DNA of 64,000 bases from an uncultured Gemmatimonadales bacterium (GCA_963795085.1 CAWCFX010000003.1:320001-384000), one strand, 5' to 3'; shown: positions 40,682-50,299, counted from the first letter of the stretch. Made by a program: numbers and translations. The notes: generated by a model not told the origin, from the sequence alone.

Positions 40682-43024
40682 ATGATCGAGTTACGCACCC
40701 TGGGCTCCCTGGAACTGACCTCGGACGAGGGCGGAGCCTTCAGCGCCGTGCTGGCCCAGCCCCGGCGCATGGCCCTGTTGTGCTATCTCGCCCTGGCCGT
40801 CCCCCGCGGATTCCACCGCCGTGACACCCTGCTGTCCCTCTTCTGGCCGGACGATGACACCGAGCAGGCCCGGCATGCGCTCCGGCAGTCGGTGTACTTC
40901 CTCCGCCGCGCGCTGGGGCCCACGGCGATCGCCTCCCGGGGCGACGAAGAGCTGGGGCTCTCGCCCGACCGGATCCGGTGTGACGCCTGGGCGTTCGAGG
41001 CGGCGGCCGGCCAGGCGCGCCCGGCCGAGGCGCTGGCCCTCTACCGGGGGGAGCTGCTCACCGGCTTTCACATTTCCGACGCGCCCGATTTCGAGCGCTG
41101 GCTGGACCAGGAGCGGGAGCGCCTGAGACAGATGGCCGGCGAGGCCGCCTGGGCGCTGGCCGGGGAGCGGGAACAGCAGGGCGATGCAGTCGGAGCAGCG
41201 GAGGCGGCCCGCCGGGCGCTCTCCTTCTCTCCCACGGACGAGAACGCGGTGCGCCGCCTGATGCTCCTCATGGAGCGGCTGGGAGACCGGGGAGCCGCGC
41301 TGCGTGCTTACGAGGGCTTCGCCGGGGAACTGGAAACGGAGTTCGAGCTACCGCCCTCGGAGGAGACCCGGGACCTGGTGGCGCGCATCCGCGCCGGCGC
41401 CGGCCGGAGCCCACCGTCCGCTCCCGAGCCCGGAACCGACCATCCGTCCGTTTCTGCGTCCGTGCCCCGGCCGGGTCCCCGGCGGGATGACTCGGCAGAC
41501 CGCCAGGTCCCCACTCGTGAGAAGGCAGCCAGAAAGCATCGGAGGCTGGCTCTCCTGGGCGCGGTGGCCTTGCTCCTTGGCGTGGGGTGGGCAATGCGCG
41601 GGCAGCTGGGGATTCCCCCGGCCACCGGGGAAGCCCTCGGGCCCCCCCGCTCGATCGCGGTCCTGCCGTTCCGGAACCTCCGGGGAGACTCGACCGGCGA
41701 CTACTTCAGCGACGGGATCACCGAGGAAATCCTGCATGCCCTGGTGCAGATCCCCGAGTTGCAGGTTGCCGCCAGGACGTCGGTGTTTCAGTTGAAGGGC
41801 CAGACGTTCGATGCCCGGACCGTAGGACGCCGGCTCGGCGTGGCATCGATACTCGAGGGGAGTATCCAGCGGGAGGGGAACGACGTTCGCATAACCGCCC
41901 GGCTCACGGACACCCGGACGGGGTACCAGATCTGGTCCGCCCAGTTCGACCGGCAACTCTCGGACCTCTTCCGTGTAGAGGACGAGATTTCCCTCGCACT
42001 GGCGGAGCGACTCAAGATTCCCCTGGGTCTGGTCCCGCGCCCCGTGACCGGCGCCGTCCCGATCGAGGCGCACGACCTCTACCTGCGGGGGCTCTCACTC
42101 CTGGCGCTCAGGGGGCCCGCGCTGCAGCAGACGATCGCCTACTTCGAGGGCGCCATCGCACTCGACTCGACCTACGCGGCCGCATGGGCCGGCCTCGCCG
42201 CGGCGCGGGAGCTGCTGCCGGCCTACGGGTTTTCGTCCTACCAGGACGAGTTGCCCCGGGCCGAGCAGGCGGCGCGGCGGGCGATTGCGCTCGACAGCAT
42301 GCTGGGGCCGGCCTACGCGGTGCTGGGCAGTGTGTACCGGGACCTGACGCGATGGGGTGATGCCGAGCGGGCCTATGCCCGCGCGCTCAGGCTCGCACCC
42401 AACGACGCCGAGGCGATCGAACAGTACGGCCAGTTCCTGTTCTGGACCGGCCAGGCGACCGCCGCCATTCCCTGGATGGAACGCGCCCGCACCCTCGACC
42501 CCCTGGCGCCCATTCCCGCGACCACGCTAGGGACCGCTCACCTCTTTCTCCATGATTATGACTCGGCGGCCACGCTGCTGGCCCATGCATCGGAGCTGGG
42601 CCCGACCCTCCATCTGCCCTTGATGTGGCGGATGTGGGCCGAATTGCTCGCACGGCGCTACGACCTCGCGGAACAGGCCGGGAGACGCCTGGCCCAGGTC
42701 AGTGGCGTCGATCCCGACATCTATTCCGGGCTGATCCGGGGCGTCGCGGATTCCGCTGAGCGCCGCCCAGCGCTGGCGCGGCTTGCCCGCATCCCGATCG
42801 ACGCTCCCTCGGCGCTGAACAGTGATTTCCGGGCGAACTGGCTGACGCTGCTCGGGGACACGGCGTCCGCGCTGGAGGCGGTGGAGCGGCTGGCCGCGCA
42901 CCCGACCCCCATGGGTATTCTCACGCTCTGGAATCCCGCGCTCGACCCCATTCGCGAAAGGCCGCGGTTTCGGGCGGTTCTGCAACGGCTGGGGCTGCCG
43001 TTCCAGTCGTCATTTCGGAGGTGA
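40682..43024 (+). CDS. membrane-anchored SARP-like regulator (wHTH-BTAD-TM-TolB_N-like-TPR)
   Basis: LRTLG, RRDTLLSLFWPD, LYRGELL, SPTDE; TM; SIAVLPF..DGITEE; TPRs. Confidence 0.88.
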   Translation: MIELRTLGSLELTSDEGGAFSAVLAQPRRMALLCYLALAVPRGFHRRDTLLSLFWPDDDTEQARHALRQSVYFLRRALGPTAIASRGDEELGLSPDRIRCDAWAFEAAAGQARPAEALALYRGELLTGFHISDAPDFERWLDQERERLRQMAGEAAWALAGEREQQGDAVGAAEAARRALSFSPTDENAVRRLMLLMERLGDRGAALRAYEGFAGELETEFELPPSEETRDLVARIRAGAGRSPPSAPEPGTDHPSVSASVPRPGPRRDDSADRQVPTREKAARKHRRLALLGAVALLLGVGWAMRGQLGIPPATGEALGPPRSIAVLPFRNLRGDSTGDYFSDGITEEILHALVQIPELQVAARTSVFQLKGQTFDARTVGRRLGVASILEGSIQREGNDVRITARLTDTRTGYQIWSAQFDRQLSDLFRVEDEISLALAERLKIPLGLVPRPVTGAVPIEAHDLYLRGLSLLALRGPALQQTIAYFEGAIALDSTYAAAWAGLAAARELLPAYGFSSYQDELPRAEQAARRAIALDSMLGPAYAVLGSVYRDLTRWGDAERAYARALRLAPNDAEAIEQYGQFLFWTGQATAAIPWMERARTLDPLAPIPATTLGTAHLFLHDYDSAATLLAHASELGPTLHLPLMWRMWAELLARRYDLAEQAGRRLAQVSGVDPDIYSGLIRGVADSAERRPALARLARIPIDAPSALNSDFRANWLTLLGDTASALEAVERLAAHPTPMGILTLWNPALDPIRERPRFRAVLQRLGLPFQSSFRR

Positions 43025-43037
43025 GATCGGGAAGGCC

Positions 43038-43225
43038 GTGCGGGCGGCAGCATCGCTTTCCTTCTGCGGTAGCCGGCTTCAGCCTTGGATCCCTGACCCC
43101 CTTTCCCCATCCCGGTCACCTTGGATCCCTGACCCCTGTCCCGCTTCCCCCGTCAGGGAAAGGGGGAACGCGATGCAGGCGCCGGCGACAACCTTGCTCG
43201 GCCTGCTCTGTCGCGAATGCGACCA
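43038..43225 (+). repeat. family A linker joined to family B modules
   Basis: GTGCGGGCGGCAGCATCGC, GGCTTCAGCC, CCTTGGATCCCTGACCCC twice, CTTCCCCCGTCAGGGAAAGGGGGAACGCGATGCAGGCGCCGGC. Confidence 0.8.
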
Positions 43226-43274
43226 GGTGCCCCTTTTTCAGACTGCCGGGATGGGCTAGACTTTCTAGGCTCCC

Positions 43275-45908
43275 ATGACCGCCCTGCCGCCCGAGCTCGC
43301 CGCCGCCCTCAGTGACCGCTATGCCCTCGAGCGGGTCCTGGGGCGCGGCGGGATGGCCACGGTCTATCTCGCCCGCGACCTGAAACACCGCCGACCGGTC
43401 GCCATCAAGGTGCTCGAACCCACCCTGGCCGCTATCCTGGGCGGCGACCGGTTCCTCCGCGAAATCGAAACCACCGCCAGCCTCCGCCACCCGCACATCC
43501 TGCCGCTCTACGATTCGGGCGAGGCGGGCCAGGCCCTCTACTATGTCATGCCCCTGGTCGAGGGCGAGTCGCTCCGGGACCGGCTCCAGCGGGAGCACCA
43601 GCTTCCCCTGGCCGAGTCGCTCCAGATCGCCCGCGAGGTGGCGGACGCGCTGGACTACGCCCACCGCCACGGCATCGTGCACCGCGACATCAAGCCGGGC
43701 AACATCCTCCTCGAATCGGGCCACGCGGTGGTGGCGGACTTCGGCATCGCCCGGGCGATCAATGTCGCCGCCGGCGAACGGCTGACCCAGACCGGGCTGG
43801 GCGTCGGGACGCCGGAGTACATGAGCCCGGAGCAGGTCGCGGGGGGCCAGGACCTCGATGGACGGAGCGATCTCTACAGCCTGGGCTGCGTGTTGTACGA
43901 GATGCTCGCCGGCCGGCCGCCGTTCACCGGCCCGACCGCGGCCAGCATTGTGGTCCAGCAGATGACGGACGCGCCCGGATCCCTGAGCCTGCTCCGCCCC
44001 GCGGCGCCGCCGGCCGTGGTGGCGGTCATTGCCCGGTGCCTGGCCAAGCTCCCGGCCGACCGCTGGCACGACGCGGACGAGTTGCGGACCCAGCTGGGGG
44101 CATTGGCCGGCTCCGGCACGACGCCATCCCCGCCGCCGGTGGCGGTGTCGCCGCCCACCCGCCGGCGAACCGCGATGCTGGCCGGCGTCCTGGCCCTCGG
44201 ACTCATCGCCGTGCTGGGCCGCTGGCTGCTGCGCTCCGAGACGCACGATGTCGCCATCGGGCGGCGGGCGCAGGTGACCCACGGGGCGGGACTCGAGGTC
44301 CACCCCGCCCTGTCGCCGAATGGAGACCTGCTGGCCTATATCGCCGGCGATGATTCCCGGCTCTACGTCCGCCAGGTGCAGGGGGGCCGTCCCATCCCGA
44401 TCGCCCCGGAGGTCCCCGGGATACAGGCCTGGCCGAACTGGTCCCCCGACGGCAAGCAGCTGAGCTTCCTGTCGGCTCGGGGCATCGAGGTCGTGCCGGC
44501 GCTGGGCGGGGTTCCCCGGCTGCTGGTGCCGATTCCCCAGGCCGGCCCGCGGGTCACCGTGGGGGTGAACGGTCCCTGGTCCCCCGATGGCCGGGAAATC
44601 GCCTTCATGCGGAGCGACACCCTGTACGCCGTCGCGGTCGCCGGCGGAACGCCTCGCGTGATCGCCCCCGAACGGAGGCTTCACTCCTGCAGCTGGGCGC
44701 CAGGGGGAAGCCGGATTGCCTGTGTCAGCGGGAATTTTGAATCCGTGACCCTGGGACCCTGGCTCGGCAACCTGGGATCCAGCGCGATCCTGGTGATCCC
44801 CGCGGCGGGGGGTGCGGCCACCCCGCTCATCCAGGACGGACAGGCCAACAGCAGCCCGGCGTGGCTCCCGGATGGCACCCTGCTCTTTCTCTCTAACCGG
44901 GACGGCGGCCGGGACATCTACGCCGTGCGCCTGGACCGCCAGGGCCGCGCGGCCGCCCCGCCCCGCCGGATCACCACCGGGCTCAATGCGCTCAACGTCA
45001 CGATCTCGGCCAACGGCGCCCGGATCGGCTATGCGGCCTTCACCGAGACCTCCAATATCTGGACGACCCCCGCGTCACCGGCGGCGGCGGTGAGCCTGGC
45101 CGCCGCGACCCAGGTGACCTCCGGGAGCCAGGTCATCGAGTGGCTGGATCTCTCGCCCGATGGACGGTGGGTCGTGTTCGACTCCGATCGGGGCGGCAAC
45201 TCCAGTATTTACCGGCTCGCGCTGGACGGTGGGGCCGAGCCGGAAAAGCTCACCAGCGATTCCGTCGACAATTTCTGGCCTTCCTGGTCCCCGAACGGGA
45301 ACGAAATCGCGTTCCATTCCTCCCGTGACGGGCATCGCCAGCTGTACCTGGTTTCGGCGGACGGGGGCGCCCGGCGCCCCGCAGTGGAGACCCAAAACGA
45401 CGACCGCACGGCGTCATGGTCGCCTGACGGCCGGAGTCTCCACCTGCTTACGGACTACGGGTCCCCTGGCGCCGAGACCCGGGTCATTCGCCGCCTGCCG
45501 GATGGGACCTGGAGCCAGCCGGAACGGTGGCGCAAACCGCCGTGCATGCCGACCTGGTCGCCCGATGGCGCGCGGCTCGCGTGCGCCGACCTCGACGGAC
45601 GCATCCTGCTGACCAACGCGGCGGGAGACTCCCTGGCCACGCTGGTGTCCGGCGGCCTGGTGCGGGGTATGGGGCAGTACCCGAAATGGTCGTCCGACAG
45701 CCGCACCGTTTACTACCTGGCGGAGGACTCGGTGAGCACGAGTATCAACGCCGTGGCGGTCAGCGGCGGCCCACCCCGGGTGATCCTGCGCTTCGATGAT
45801 CCCGCCCGGCCTTGGCATCGGTACGGGTTCACGGTGTACCGGGACCGGTTCTACTTCACGATCGGCGAGCGGGAGAGCCACATCTGGGTGGGGGAGCTGG
45901 GGGAGTAG
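43275..45908 (+). CDS. Hanks-type Ser/Thr kinase with TM and PD40/TolB beta-propeller
   Basis: LGRGGMATVY, HRDIKPGN, DFG, GTPEYMSPEQ; many WSPDG repeats. Confidence 0.93.
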   Translation: MTALPPELAAALSDRYALERVLGRGGMATVYLARDLKHRRPVAIKVLEPTLAAILGGDRFLREIETTASLRHPHILPLYDSGEAGQALYYVMPLVEGESLRDRLQREHQLPLAESLQIAREVADALDYAHRHGIVHRDIKPGNILLESGHAVVADFGIARAINVAAGERLTQTGLGVGTPEYMSPEQVAGGQDLDGRSDLYSLGCVLYEMLAGRPPFTGPTAASIVVQQMTDAPGSLSLLRPAAPPAVVAVIARCLAKLPADRWHDADELRTQLGALAGSGTTPSPPPVAVSPPTRRRTAMLAGVLALGLIAVLGRWLLRSETHDVAIGRRAQVTHGAGLEVHPALSPNGDLLAYIAGDDSRLYVRQVQGGRPIPIAPEVPGIQAWPNWSPDGKQLSFLSARGIEVVPALGGVPRLLVPIPQAGPRVTVGVNGPWSPDGREIAFMRSDTLYAVAVAGGTPRVIAPERRLHSCSWAPGGSRIACVSGNFESVTLGPWLGNLGSSAILVIPAAGGAATPLIQDGQANSSPAWLPDGTLLFLSNRDGGRDIYAVRLDRQGRAAAPPRRITTGLNALNVTISANGARIGYAAFTETSNIWTTPASPAAAVSLAAATQVTSGSQVIEWLDLSPDGRWVVFDSDRGGNSSIYRLALDGGAEPEKLTSDSVDNFWPSWSPNGNEIAFHSSRDGHRQLYLVSADGGARRPAVETQNDDRTASWSPDGRSLHLLTDYGSPGAETRVIRRLPDGTWSQPERWRKPPCMPTWSPDGARLACADLDGRILLTNAAGDSLATLVSGGLVRGMGQYPKWSSDSRTVYYLAEDSVSTSINAVAVSGGPPRVILRFDDPARPWHRYGFTVYRDRFYFTIGERESHIWVGELGE

Positions 45909-45911
45909 AGT

Positions 45912-46055
45912 GGTGCGGGCGTCGGGGTGCGGGCAGCGGCATCGGTTCCCTTCCTGGCCGCCCCTTCGATCGTCCGGGTGGCGACATCACTTCCCTTCCA
46001 GTTCGAGGCGGTTTACCGCAGAGAACGCCGAGTGAACTGAGAGTACCCAGAGGAA
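45912..46055 (+). repeat. family A linker plus left arm
   Basis: GGTGCGGG..GCATCGGTTCCCTTCC..TTCGAGGCGGTTTACCGCAGAGAACGCCGAGTGAACTGAGAG. Confidence 0.78.
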
Positions 46056-46216
46056 GGATATCGAGCCAGGGGAGCCCGGTATGGACGCTGGCCCGTCCCC
46101 ACCCCCACGTCCTCAGCCCTCACCGAGGATACCCCCGCGTCCCGACTTGAAACCTTTCGGGCCGACCGGTAGTATGGCTGGCAGCTTCACAACCACCCCT
46201 TACCCGGAAAAGACGA

Positions 46217-46582
46217 ATGAAACCGAAGACCCTGGCCCTGCTGCTCTTTGGCCTGCTGGCCCCGGGCGTGTGCGCCGCCCAGTCCCTCAAGCCCGGCACC
46301 TGGACCGGCACCGTCATCCCGCCGGAGGGCGAACCCGCGCTGGTGACCTATGACGTCACGGTAAACGGCGACTCCCTCGGCATCGTGATCCATGCCGGCG
46401 AGCACGGGGACTTCGTCACCGAAGGCGCCCGCTTCGCCGACGGCAAGCTTACCTTCCGATTTAGTCCCGGTCCAGTCGTCAGCTGCACCCTTACCCAGGG
46501 CGACAAGGGCATCTTTGCCGGCAGGTGTACGGAAGAAGACGGAAGTGCCGCTCAGGTCACGATGGTGCCTCCGGCTTCCTGA
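46217..46582 (+). CDS. small secreted beta-barrel-like hypothetical protein
   Basis: Signal peptide, GTWTGT, two Cys. Confidence 0.7.
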   Translation: MKPKTLALLLFGLLAPGVCAAQSLKPGTWTGTVIPPEGEPALVTYDVTVNGDSLGIVIHAGEHGDFVTEGARFADGKLTFRFSPGPVVSCTLTQGDKGIFAGRCTEEDGSAAQVTMVPPAS

Positions 46583-46602
46583 GCCAGCGGCTGGTTCGCT
46601 CG

Positions 46603-46960
46603 CGCGGGCGGTGGCATCGTTTCCCTTCCAGGTTTGAGGCCCTTTACGCCTCGAGCCCGTCCAGCGGTGTGATCTGCCGCCCCCAGGGTGCAGGGGCAGT
46701 GACATCGCTTCCCTTTCTGGTTCGAGGCGCTTTACCGCTGAGGACGCTGAGTGAACTGAGAGTTTCGCAGGGACGACATTGTATTCTTCTTCTACGATCT
46801 CTCGGTTGCCACTGCGCTCTCTGCGTTAAGGCGCCTTGAAGCCGTCCACCGGTGTGATCTGTCCGCCCCCGGGGTGCGGGGGCGGTGACATCGTTTCCCT
46901 TCCAGTATCGAGGCGCTTTACCGCCTCGATGCTGTCCACCGGGGTGATCTGTCCGCCCCA
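46603..46960 (+). repeat. family A tandem array (empty-filled-empty)
   Basis: Three units of ..CATCG.TTCCCTT..GAGGC.CTTTA(C)CGC..GTCCA.CGG.GTGATCTG..CCGCCCC; the middle unit carries a 96-bp hairpin interior. Confidence 0.88.
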
Positions 46961-46977
46961 AGAGTGTCGCGTTGACC

Positions 46978-47589
46978 TCACCTTGGCTGGGACAGGTTCG
47001 CCCGGGCATTGGCCGTGATGGCATCGGTCACCGCGGCCTCGGCGGTTCCCTCCGGGACCACCTCGCCGTAGATGATCATCAGCTCCCGGCGCCGGGTATC
47101 GTCGGGCAGGTGAAAGAGGCGCAGGGTGGCGAAGGTGCCGTCGAGCTTGAATCCCCGGTCGGTCAGGAAGGTTTCGGCCGCCTTCGAGTCCGACCCGGGG
47201 CGCTTGTCCATGGTGAAATAGTTGTTCCGCACGCGAACATCCCCCAGGAAGGGGAGGCGGCCGACGGTCATCGGCGCCGAGGCCATCCGGGAGAAGTCGT
47301 AGGTATGGGAGTTCGTCGGGTAGTAGTGCTCGAACTGCACCCAGTAGAAGCGGCGGATGGACCGGTCCTCGGCGGCGTCGATGAAGAAGTACTGCTCCGC
47401 CTCGGCGACCCCCTGGATGTCGATGGTCTGGCTGCCCGCGTAGCGAAAAGGCTTGGCGAAGACGAAGGTGGCGGCAGGATCGGCGCGGGATACGAGGGTG
47501 TCTCCCCGCACCGCCCGGTCCGGCCCGGCCTGGGCAGCGAGAATCGTGGGGATGAGCATGGCCAGGGCTGCTGCGGCGTACCGGCGCAT
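46978..47589 (-). CDS. secreted hypothetical protein
   Basis: AGGAG RBS, signal peptide MRRYAAAALAMLIPTILAA. Confidence 0.75.
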   Translation of the reverse strand: MRRYAAAALAMLIPTILAAQAGPDRAVRGDTLVSRADPAATFVFAKPFRYAGSQTIDIQGVAEAEQYFFIDAAEDRSIRRFYWVQFEHYYPTNSHTYDFSRMASAPMTVGRLPFLGDVRVRNNYFTMDKRPGSDSKAAETFLTDRGFKLDGTFATLRLFHLPDDTRRRELMIIYGEVVPEGTAEAAVTDAITANARANLSQPR

Positions 47590-47659
47590 GGTTGCTCCTG
47601 AAAGGTGTCTCACGTCGTACGCCCGGGCGGTTGGCCGGGTTTCGTGTGGGCGGAGGGCA

Positions 47660-47745
47660 TGTGCGGGCGGCAGCATGGCCTTCTTTTCGGTTCCGAGGCG
47701 CTTTACCGCAGAGGGCGCAGAGGGAACTGAGAGTTTCGCAGAGGA
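47660..47745 (+). repeat. family A linker plus left arm
   Basis: GTGCGGGCGGCAGCAT..CGAGGCGCTTTACCGCAGAGGGCGCAGAGGGAACTGAGAGTTTCGCAGA. Confidence 0.8.
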
Positions 47746-47807
47746 AGCTTGTGTTTCACCCCAGGCTCTCCTCGCCCTGACTACAGGCCCTTGCTGTATC
47801 CGCGCTC

Positions 47808-47855
47808 CTTACCGTCTTACGTCTTACCGCCGTACCGCCGTACCGTCCTACCGAC
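47808..47855. repeat. short tandem TACCG(C/T)C repeats
   Basis: TTACCGTC TTACGTC TTACCGCC GTACCGCC GTACCGTC CTACCGAC. Confidence 0.75.
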
Positions 47856-47861
47856 CCGGCC

Positions 47862-48686
47862 CTATGGCCGTACCAGGCGGAGCGGCGCAGGGGAGCCCCA
47901 CGGGCAGTCGCCGGCCTCGGCCGGGTACGTCAGGATGAGGGTATCGGCGCCGGGCGCGTAGGTTGTGGCAAAGAAACTGTTGCCCAGGGGGACGTTGTTC
48001 CACCCGGGAAAAGAATCGCTGGTGAGTTGAAGGAAGAGCGTATCATGCTGGACGAAGCCGAGTACGCTCCCGGCGCCATCGCCGCAGACGGTACTGGCGT
48101 CGAAATCAATATCATACCGGCCGGTGACGGCGTCTCCGATTGGGGTGAGAGAGAGGTCGAGATAGACCCCACCCGACATGGTGGTGGGATGGACGGTCTG
48201 GCCGTTGTAGTCCCCCGTCAGATCGGCGGCAACCAGCGGGGCCGGCGGCCCCTCGGGCACAGGCGGCTCCCGGAGAATCACTGACAACACCAGTCCCGAT
48301 GTGTCGGCGCGTCCGGCGTCATCGAAGGTGATCGGCAGGAACACGACCTCCCGGCTCCAACCCGATCCCAGCGGCGGCTCGATGTCGAACTGGACCTGGG
48401 CCAGGTCGAGCAGGGCATTGACCGGGATCGAACCCGAGAAACGGCCGTTGGCGCCGGTGGTCAGCGTTGCCTCGCCCCTCGGCTGGGGCGTGGTATCCCA
48501 GACCCGCACCAGGACGCTCGCCCCGGGTACCGGAACGCCGATGGTGTCCCGGACCATCCCGTCGAATTCGAAGCCCGGCGCATCGAGGTCCGGGGCAGAC
48601 TCCGAGCAGGCGAATAATCCAAGGACCCCGAGCAGGACCAGCGCTCGAGGAGGAGAGCAGCAGTCCGAAGGAATCAGGGTGGGCAT
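47862..48686 (-). CDS. putative lipoprotein with carboxypeptidase-regulatory-like domain
   Basis: Lipobox LFAC; GMVRDTIGVPVPGASV..TTGANGRF. Confidence 0.65.
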   Translation of the reverse strand: MPTLIPSDCCSPPRALVLLGVLGLFACSESAPDLDAPGFEFDGMVRDTIGVPVPGASVLVRVWDTTPQPRGEATLTTGANGRFSGSIPVNALLDLAQVQFDIEPPLGSGWSREVVFLPITFDDAGRADTSGLVLSVILREPPVPEGPPAPLVAADLTGDYNGQTVHPTTMSGGVYLDLSLTPIGDAVTGRYDIDFDASTVCGDGAGSVLGFVQHDTLFLQLTSDSFPGWNNVPLGNSFFATTYAPGADTLILTYPAEAGDCPWGSPAPLRLVRP

Positions 48687-48892
48687 TGTTCCCAGCGGCA
48701 GGTGATGGGATGGGGGACGCCCGAGACGGCGTGGTCTCACACAACATTACACTGACTCCGGTGAGGGCAATACCGGCCAATATAGGGCCTGGCCAGGCTC
48801 CGTTTCCGCCAGCTCGGCGATCTTCAGGGATTCACCGAAGCGGGAACGGAGGGGTCTCGAAGGCAGGCCCCCGGCGAACTCGCACCCATCGC

Positions 48893-50299
48893 TCAGGGCG
48901 GGCTCAACAGGTGATTCCGCTGCGGCACCGTCAGCGTTCGGTGCATCTGCCGCACCTGGTCGGGCGTGAACTTCTGGGGTTCCGGGTTATCGCCGGTCCC
49001 GCACATGGCGTGATAGCTCATCACATTCCGGACGTCCGGATCGAAGGTAAATGACACCGGGTTCCCGCCGATCGTCCCTGACACCGTGACCTGCGACGAC
49101 GTGCACACCTCGTCCGCCCGTCCATCGCTGTTGCCATGGAGATCATAGACGAAGGTGCCCGGGTCCGGCGGCGTGTCGGGGAGACGGTCGCCGTCGAGCG
49201 CGTCAATGGTCCCGCCGTTGCTTCCGATATGGGTGATGAGCGCCAGGTCGGCGGCCGCGGCCGAGCCGGTACTGGTGCCATACATGGGGTTGATGCCGTC
49301 CCACCCGGGGAAGGTGTGGTACAGGCCCAGGTAATGGCCCAGCTCGTGGGCGACGAAGGAACCGTTGCCCAGCGTCAGGAACGAGAGCCCGGTGGTGGGA
49401 TACAGGCTGGGCAGGGCCACGTATCGCTGGTCGGCGTCAGTGACGTTGGCGGGGAGGGTACCCGCCCCCGGCGGTGGATAGGCGTTCCCATTCCCGGTCG
49501 GGTCGGCCGCGGAGCCCCAGCGCAACAGCAGGGGGATCCGGCCCGGCAGGGTCGCCGCGAAGGCGTTGCCGCCGGCAGCAATCGTGGCGTCCTGGTTCAT
49601 CCCGGTGGAGTTTATCGGCTGCCAGTCGGCGGCCGGGTCGTAGAGAAACCGGATCCCGCTCCCCCGGAACACCCGGTTCACCCGGGCCACGACATCGGTG
49701 AACTGGGCCGCCGTCACTTGCGGTGCCCGGGTCCCATCGTCGTTGCTCAGGGCGATCACCCGGAGGCGGAGGCCCACCCGCCGCACATGCAGCGTGAGCA
49801 CCGGGGTGGTCACCTTGCCGCCGTGGAAATTCTCCGCCTCGGCGAACACGTCGAGCGACAGGTCCCAGAACGCTCCGATCAGCGGCTCGACATCGAGCTC
49901 CCAGGTCACCGACTCGGTCGGGTTCGCCGGCTGGCCGACCGTGGCGCTGCTCACCCTCTCCACCTCGGGTGTGCCGGCCAGCGTCGGGCCCTGGACCGTG
50001 CCGGGCATCGAACGCCTCGTGGTCGCCCAGATCCGGATGGCGCGGATGCCCCCGTCCGGGTCATCGGCGCGCGCCGTGATGCTCACGTGATTGGTGTCCA
50101 CCATCTCTCCAGCGGCCGGCGTGCCGCCGAGCGTGACATTCACCAGCGGCTGGTTCGGAATGTTGGCCTGGAGCCAGAGCGCAGAGGGCGAGGTCGGATC
50201 CTGCGGGGGAACATTGAGCTGAGGTGCGGGGGTACATGCCGTGACGACCAGTCCGACCACGGCCAGGGTGCTCACCAGGGAGCCGGATCTCCGGGCCAC
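48893..50299 (-). CDS. metzincin (M43/pappalysin-like) metalloprotease lipoprotein
   Basis: HELGHYLGLYHTF, DTPPD, Met-turn NVMSY, FTPDQ; lipobox VTAC; AGGAGG before GTG 50299. Confidence 0.85.
   Translation of the reverse strand: MARRSGSLVSTLAVVGLVVTACTPAPQLNVPPQDPTSPSALWLQANIPNQPLVNVTLGGTPAAGEMVDTNHVSITARADDPDGGIRAIRIWATTRRSMPGTVQGPTLAGTPEVERVSSATVGQPANPTESVTWELDVEPLIGAFWDLSLDVFAEAENFHGGKVTTPVLTLHVRRVGLRLRVIALSNDDGTRAPQVTAAQFTDVVARVNRVFRGSGIRFLYDPAADWQPINSTGMNQDATIAAGGNAFAATLPGRIPLLLRWGSAADPTGNGNAYPPPGAGTLPANVTDADQRYVALPSLYPTTGLSFLTLGNGSFVAHELGHYLGLYHTFPGWDGINPMYGTSTGSAAAADLALITHIGSNGGTIDALDGDRLPDTPPDPGTFVYDLHGNSDGRADEVCTSSQVTVSGTIGGNPVSFTFDPDVRNVMSYHAMCGTGDNPEPQKFTPDQVRQMHRTLTVPQRNHLLSPP

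Noticed and set aside
30805..47745. Integron attC sites (long imperfect hairpins, some with GTTA ends)
   Set aside because: No consistent RYYYAAC/GTTRRRY boxes, no IntI in the window, and genes lie in both orientations; a covariance-model search would settle it.
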